From assembly GCA_000320545.1 (NCBI GenBank), contig ADNK01000465.1:1-62287 (forward strand): a stretch of 62,287 nucleotides of DNA, written 5' to 3'. A model generated the notes under the pieces. It saw nothing but the letters and a program-made list of their open reading frames with translations. It was not told the origin of the DNA and made no database searches. This stretch comes from Bigelowiella natans CCMP2755 (lineage: Eukaryota > Protista > Cercozoa). Below are positions 56,763 through 62,287 of the stretch, piece after piece (positions within the stretch are counted from its first letter, which is position 1; each line of letters starts with the position of its first letter). The position numbers and the translations under genes were made by a program.

Positions 56763-57373
56763 ACCAAGGACTCCTTGTCTCACGTTCCAACGCTACTGCA
56801 TCGGATGTTTGCTGAGGAGGAAATAACGACGACAACTGAAGAACCAACAGAGACGCAGCAGCAGCAGCAGCAGCAGCATGAGGAGGAGTTGGTGGAGGGG
56901 GAGGGGAATCATTCTGCCGCACCACCTGCCCCACCACCAGCAATACCGCCACCATCAGCAACAACAACAACAACAACAACAACAATCGGATTTGACGATG
57001 ACAACGGCCCAATGTTTCCTGCCCCTCATCCTCCTTCCGCCCCTCATCCTCCTTCCACCGCCAAGAGCCGCTATGGCGCCCATCGATATACGTATGACAT
57101 AGTTCCCCAACTCCAACCACCGAAATACCGAGCCCCTCGTCCTAAGGTTTTGTCGTTTGCGTGCGAATAAATAATAAATAGACATTAGCTAACTTAGTGA
57201 GTCTTCGACTTCCTTATTGAAAAATGGATACGCATGAAAGTACCACCAGGAATAATAATATAATAATGTCAACTAGCCCTTTCTCCAGAGACATTTTGAC
57301 ATTCTCTAGCAATACCCATGATGCACATTATCTTCTATTTTTGCAAGCTTGCGCTGGTTACCTGTTCTTTGCT

Positions 57374-57415
<42 letters not shown>

Positions 57416-57952
57416 TATATACATATTTTTATTTCTACTTCCCTTTCTAAACGGAAAGTATTTTAGTGGCAGCCAGAAAAGGCATCGTCACTCTCATGTG
57501 TTCCATCCTGCTAAAGCACAGCTAGCTTTGATTCATGTTCCTTGTCATTGTTTCTCACTGTACAGCGCCAGTACCAGTACCAGCATAGCAGTTGGGGGAT
57601 GGAGAAAGAACTTCCAACATCGCAACTGCCCTCACAAATCGAGCGGCAATTCATTCATCGTCATGTGCCTCAGTCCTATTATTATCATCATGAAGGTCGT
57701 CCACCACCGTCAGCATCTCTCTCGCACAGATACGGTTACAGAATACACCGTCTCGATGAGAAGCAAAAGCAGATGATGTCAGCAGGGCCGTTTGGTCAAT
57801 ATCACATTGTAAGACATGTACATGCTCAAGCTCAAGGTGCCATCTTCCTGCAAACCTCCTCGCCACCGCTGCATGAAGATAGGCGCAGCTCATGGGAAGT
57901 TCGTTCAGCACATCGTGGGAACCGCGATCGTTCCATAGCAGCCCAACAGTAA
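56763..57952 (+). CDS. Hypothetical low-complexity Pro/Gln/His-rich protein (partial; exon structure uncertain)
   Basis: ORFs 56775-57170 and 57542-57952 have plausible AG/GT borders and an AT-rich spacer containing (TA)n between them. No recognisable domain. Confidence 0.35.
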
Positions 57953-59806
57953 ATGGAGCGTTTAACGCGGTATCAAGAGAACAATGGCAGGCCTGATCAT
58001 TCTCCGATTACCTCCCAAACAGCCGCATGTGCTGACAGATCAGGGAAAAAAAGGAAGCTGGAGCGCTCGATACAGATTTTTAAGCTAGCTTACCCGCGGT
58101 CATCATTAGACGCAAAACTAACGGTGGCACAAAATAAGCGGCAGAATGACATGTGTAGCTCTCACTCTAGTGCTATTGGATAGTCATCACATGCTAGCAT
58201 GAGTGATGTGATGTGATGTGATGTGATGTTGAGTAGATTTTGATAATTACGACATAGTCACTTCTCTGTTCTTGCACATCGATCCATTCTAGTACTGCGC
58301 TGGCTAGCTGGTGTAGTACACGTAGCTCTAGAGCTGCTGCAGGTGCAAGCTACAGCAAGGCTGAAGGCACGCATGCTAGCATGCAGTGAAACTTGCTGCA
58401 TGGCTGTGCATGAATGCGCTCAGCGCTGTTGCGGCATGCATTCATCGCTAGATCGCTCTAGCTAGCTAGTGTTCTAGAAGATTGCGCAAATGTGCATGAT
58501 GATTTGACACTATTACGCCAGACTAGCAGACTGCTACTAGACCATGTAACCATGACAACACATCTAGATATCAAGATGCAAATTGCGTGTGTCATAATCC
58601 CTCTAGCTAGCTAGCCCTCTTCACTGCTCTAGCTAGCTCTAGAACTACCTAGCTAGCTAGCACTAAACTAGCTCACATCTCTAGAGCTAGACATGATGCA
58701 TTGCTAAACAGCATGATCTACTAGTCTAGATGATGCAGCAGCATGACAAGGCTAGCTAGCTAGAAGGGCGATCCACGACTAAATGAGAACAATGATCAGC
58801 ACAAATGCTCCGTCTGAAATATAGGAATGTTTGTGCAGCCATGCCTAGACGCTAGCATGTACACACATCAAACTAGCAAGACACATGCGAAGCTAGAGAT
58901 GGGCGACAGGCAACAGCTTTTGTCCTCGAGATGATCGAGTTTGGATTTGACGTCTCTAGCTAGCTGGGTCTACATCAGTGTGTCTGTCTATCTAGCTATG
59001 ACTAGCTAGCTAGATGAGTTTGTTACTGCTCCAGGTTTCTCCTCTCAAAAAGACCCCGCTTTTGTAATTCAGGGATGCAAGAATCCGTTGGACAACCATT
59101 CTAATTCGCAAACGAAGAAACACAGAAGAGCCATTTACCGTCAGACCGCAAAACGCGAGCTTTTGGTGAGAATAACAACACCCCACACTCACTTTGCTTC
59201 GATTGCGATTGTCACCATCTTGCATAAGCATACATATATACATCGTTCGCATGGAATGAGACAGGCTCATCTCACCTAGTCGTCCCAGCAACATCCATAT
59301 CAACCCAACCGTCCCACACGCCAGTAGTAGTATTACTACTAGATGAGCGAAAGGCGGTGTCGTCAGCATTTATCCTGCCGTAGCATGGGTGGAGCCCAGT
59401 ACATCTTGAGGATCCCAATTGACGATTGCGATGACACGTGTGGAAAATGGTGGCGAGCGGATGAGTGACGTCCTGAATCAACGACTCCATTGCTCTTGCC
59501 TCTCGCATCGAGAGCCGGGCGACCGGAGGGAATCTGACCACGAACACGCAAAATGACACATAGCATGCTTCAGGAACGCGCTGCTAGAAGAATGCAGATT
59601 GCAATGAAAACACGCAGTTATGGATCTTGTCAGGACTGATTAGGAGAAGAGGTTACGGGAGAGAGAGGCCGTGTGTCCGCGGCGATGACAATGATGGCTC
59701 TCTGCCGAAATTGCCTGAACGATCTGCTGAAACATGCTGAGACAAGATATCCCGGCTTTTCGATGCCAATTCCTTTTAAGGGCGGAAGGAAAGGAAAGGT
59801 GTCGCT

Positions 59807-61560
59807 ATGATGAGAATCATCGGCGGACTCATCATCCTCATTATCACATCATCATCTGGTCCCATAAACACCGCATTAATAAGAGAAGACAGCTCTCACC
59901 ACACAAACGTCTCGCCGTTATCATCATCATCATCATCATTATCATCATCATTATCATCAAACTCGGGTACTTACGTTAAACAACACAGTCGTCGCCTTGC
60001 GCGCTTGATTGATACAGATGCGAAATGGCCGCCAGCACTCAGCTCGAGTAGCATCCTCGCCAGCAGCAAACCCTGCTCCCATCTGAAGGTACACGAAAGA
60101 TTTCAGCGCAGAGCCAACTAGACTACATGCCTGAGACGGAAGTGGCGGCGCACTGCCCGTCCCCCTTTTGCACGATCGTCACAAATCGGGGAACACGAAG
60201 AATAGCGGCTCCCAGTGCATCTTTTATCGAGGCTGTACCTGGCTTTTGGAGAGCATACGCGGCCGAAACTCGAGAATATCGAAGTAACTACTGGCCAAAC
60301 TCTCTTTCCCGCAAATCCGGTCAGACGTGGCAGCAGGCCCCCCCTCCTCTGCTGCTTTGATCTCACTGCCAGCGCCACCTCCACAGAAATGGGTTGCAGG
60401 ATTCCTTAAGCGCTCGAGGCCGTGCCTCCTCGCCTGCAATTCAGAAAACATCCCAATTCAAAGACAAGCATGCGGGGGGGGGACAGAAGCTTGGAGGGAT
60501 TGTGGATTTCGAGGAAAGAGAAATCAGAGTCGGCGGATGCAGACGCAGCAGCAGCAGCACCACCAGCAGCAGCAGCAGCAGCAGCAGCGCGAAGTTGGAA
60601 GGCATATCGTACAAACGATTCGAAGGTCGCTGAGGCAGCTGTGAGGCTCTCTGAGGAGGACTGGAAAATGACCTGCGCACACCCACAGTACTCAGAAAGG
60701 AACCGCACGACGGAGGCAGCGCCCGTAGTATAATGACAAGCTTTGTTGTTGTTGTTGTTGGTGTTGTTGTTGTTGTTGTTGTTGTTGTTGCGAAATCAGC
60801 AGAGAAATGATCGGTGGCTGCGAGGCGTTTTTGAGTAGTATGGATTGTAGCTTGTAGGGATTTTACTTGGACGTGACTGCTCCGGCAGCAGCAGTGATAC
60901 AGGTGATCCAGCAATGCGCTCGCAACCTGATGATGATGATAAGTGCCCGACAATCGCTATAGATGAATACTACACGGCATGCATACACCAATAATGATGA
61001 TGACGACGACGACTCGAGAACAGATAATGGACACATAAGTTCGGAGGAAGCATCAAGCAGTGAGTAGTAGGATGAAGAAGATGATGAAGAAGAAGATGAT
61101 GATGATGATGAGGAGGAGGAGCAGGAGGCACGGCGACATGATGAAGAACAACAAAACATGATCCATTCGCGGATTCCACAAGTAGGGAATTCAGAACAGC
61201 AGCAAGAACGGTGCTTCGGTAGAGAAAAAGAAGGAAATGGGCAAGGAAGGAGACCCCTTTTCGCCTGTGAGCCATGTTGATGTGAAGAAACAAGATCCTC
61301 AAGGACGGGGCATCGTTCTCAGCAGCGAAGGTGTTATCTCCAGCTCCCCCCCCTTCCCCTCCACGGCTGCTTCTGGTAGTCAAGTTTTGGTGGTGGTAGA
61401 TCAAGCGCCCCTGTTTTCAAATGCACGCTTCTTTAATATACATAAAAGACGTGATGGTGAGGATGGGGAAATGGGAGGTGACATTGCATGGCTGCTGCAT
61501 GTTCGTTCTTTCTATCGAAAGTATACGTCACGTCCTTTCATCATCGGCATCGGCGACTGA
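59807..61560 (+). pseudogene. Fragmented, low-complexity coding-like region (possible decayed gene)
   Basis: Successive short + strand ORFs in changing frames, with poly-S/A/D/E tracts like those in neighbouring genes. In-frame TAGTAG interrupts the acidic run near 61065. Confidence 0.25.
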
Positions 61561-62214
61561 CTAATTGCACTTGCTCACCACTTCTGCCATCATCAATGGC
61601 CCGCTTTCGCCTCCCGCATTCGTCTCGTACAAATCAGCGTATAAGGTCCCTCCTTTGTGTTGGTGAGTAGCGATGAGAATAGCGCGCGTTTTTGGCACAC
61701 CGTTTGCTATTGTCGTGGAAAATGTCGTGTATTCAGCCTTCTAAGATATCATTTTTTGGTCTGCTAGCGTATGTACTATTTCTTTGGTTTTCAAAAATGT
61801 CCTTTTCCTAAATTTAGCGAACAAGAAAAGCCAGTCTCGAAAGGGCGTGTGGGAAGAGAAACCATCGATAGATTGGGTAGTGTCTCATTCCACTCGTCCA
61901 TTCACCACCGCTTTCCAGTAACAAAAAACTGCTGCTATGATACACAGCATACCGCACCTCCCAGCGATTGCTCCGAGCGAATATGAATGTGAGTGCCACG
62001 ATCTGGTAAGGGTACGAGCCGCTCGAGCTGAAGGACATAAAGAAGGGGGGATTTTAGGGGGGGGAGGGGGGATTGGAAGAAGAACACCAATTTTCTAAGT
62101 GAATGACAAATCATGAGGTTCAAATTCAATCGACGATTGGCAGAATCATTAGCGATTTTCTTTTTTCCTTGGTATTGTGGGCGATAAACACGTCATAACG
62201 CCCGAACAAAATGA

Positions 62215-62215
62215 A

Positions 62216-62262
<47 letters not shown>
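62215..62262. repeat. (TA)n microsatellite
   Basis: Direct reading. Other intact (TA)n tracts lie in introns or AT-rich spacers at ~28716-28747, ~48352-48383 and ~57378-57420. Confidence 0.95.
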
Positions 62263-62264
<2 letters not shown>

Positions 62265-62287
62265 CTTTTTTTCTGTACACGAACCAC

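Overview
Eukaryotic nuclear DNA with short spliceosomal introns and many microsatellites. Bipartite signal-plus-transit-like leaders suggest a secondary-plastid alga, possibly a chlorarachniophyte (inference). The window holds two near-identical Ty3/gypsy-type LTR retrotransposons in inverted orientation: 1-4871 (+, cut by the window edge) and 36526-42241 (-, complete, with 326-bp LTRs and a 4-bp TSD). Genes are a 12-exon Rh-type ammonium/gas channel, a ~4600-aa two-exon giant protein, a Tonsoku/TONSL-like TPR-LRR gene, a small ultra-basic repeat-protein gene missed by the ORF track, an AAMP/Sqt1-like WD40 gene and a PPR gene. The right end is poorly resolved and may be decayed coding sequence. 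The main leads are: (1) the retroelement integrase ends in a degenerate Dam-like adenine-methyltransferase domain; (2) intergenic zones have lost almost all TpA except inside CTAG, and both retroelements sit in such zones; (3) the giant protein combines Zn fingers, jacalin, a CE-clan-like protease, a SecA-like SF2 ATPase (DUF3638/DUF3645), EF-hands, duplicated beta-trefoils and a CaaX box; (4) a ~172-aa acid-free [KR]KTVAPA-repeat protein with a plastid-type leader. All domain calls are by-eye motif recognition; no searches were run.
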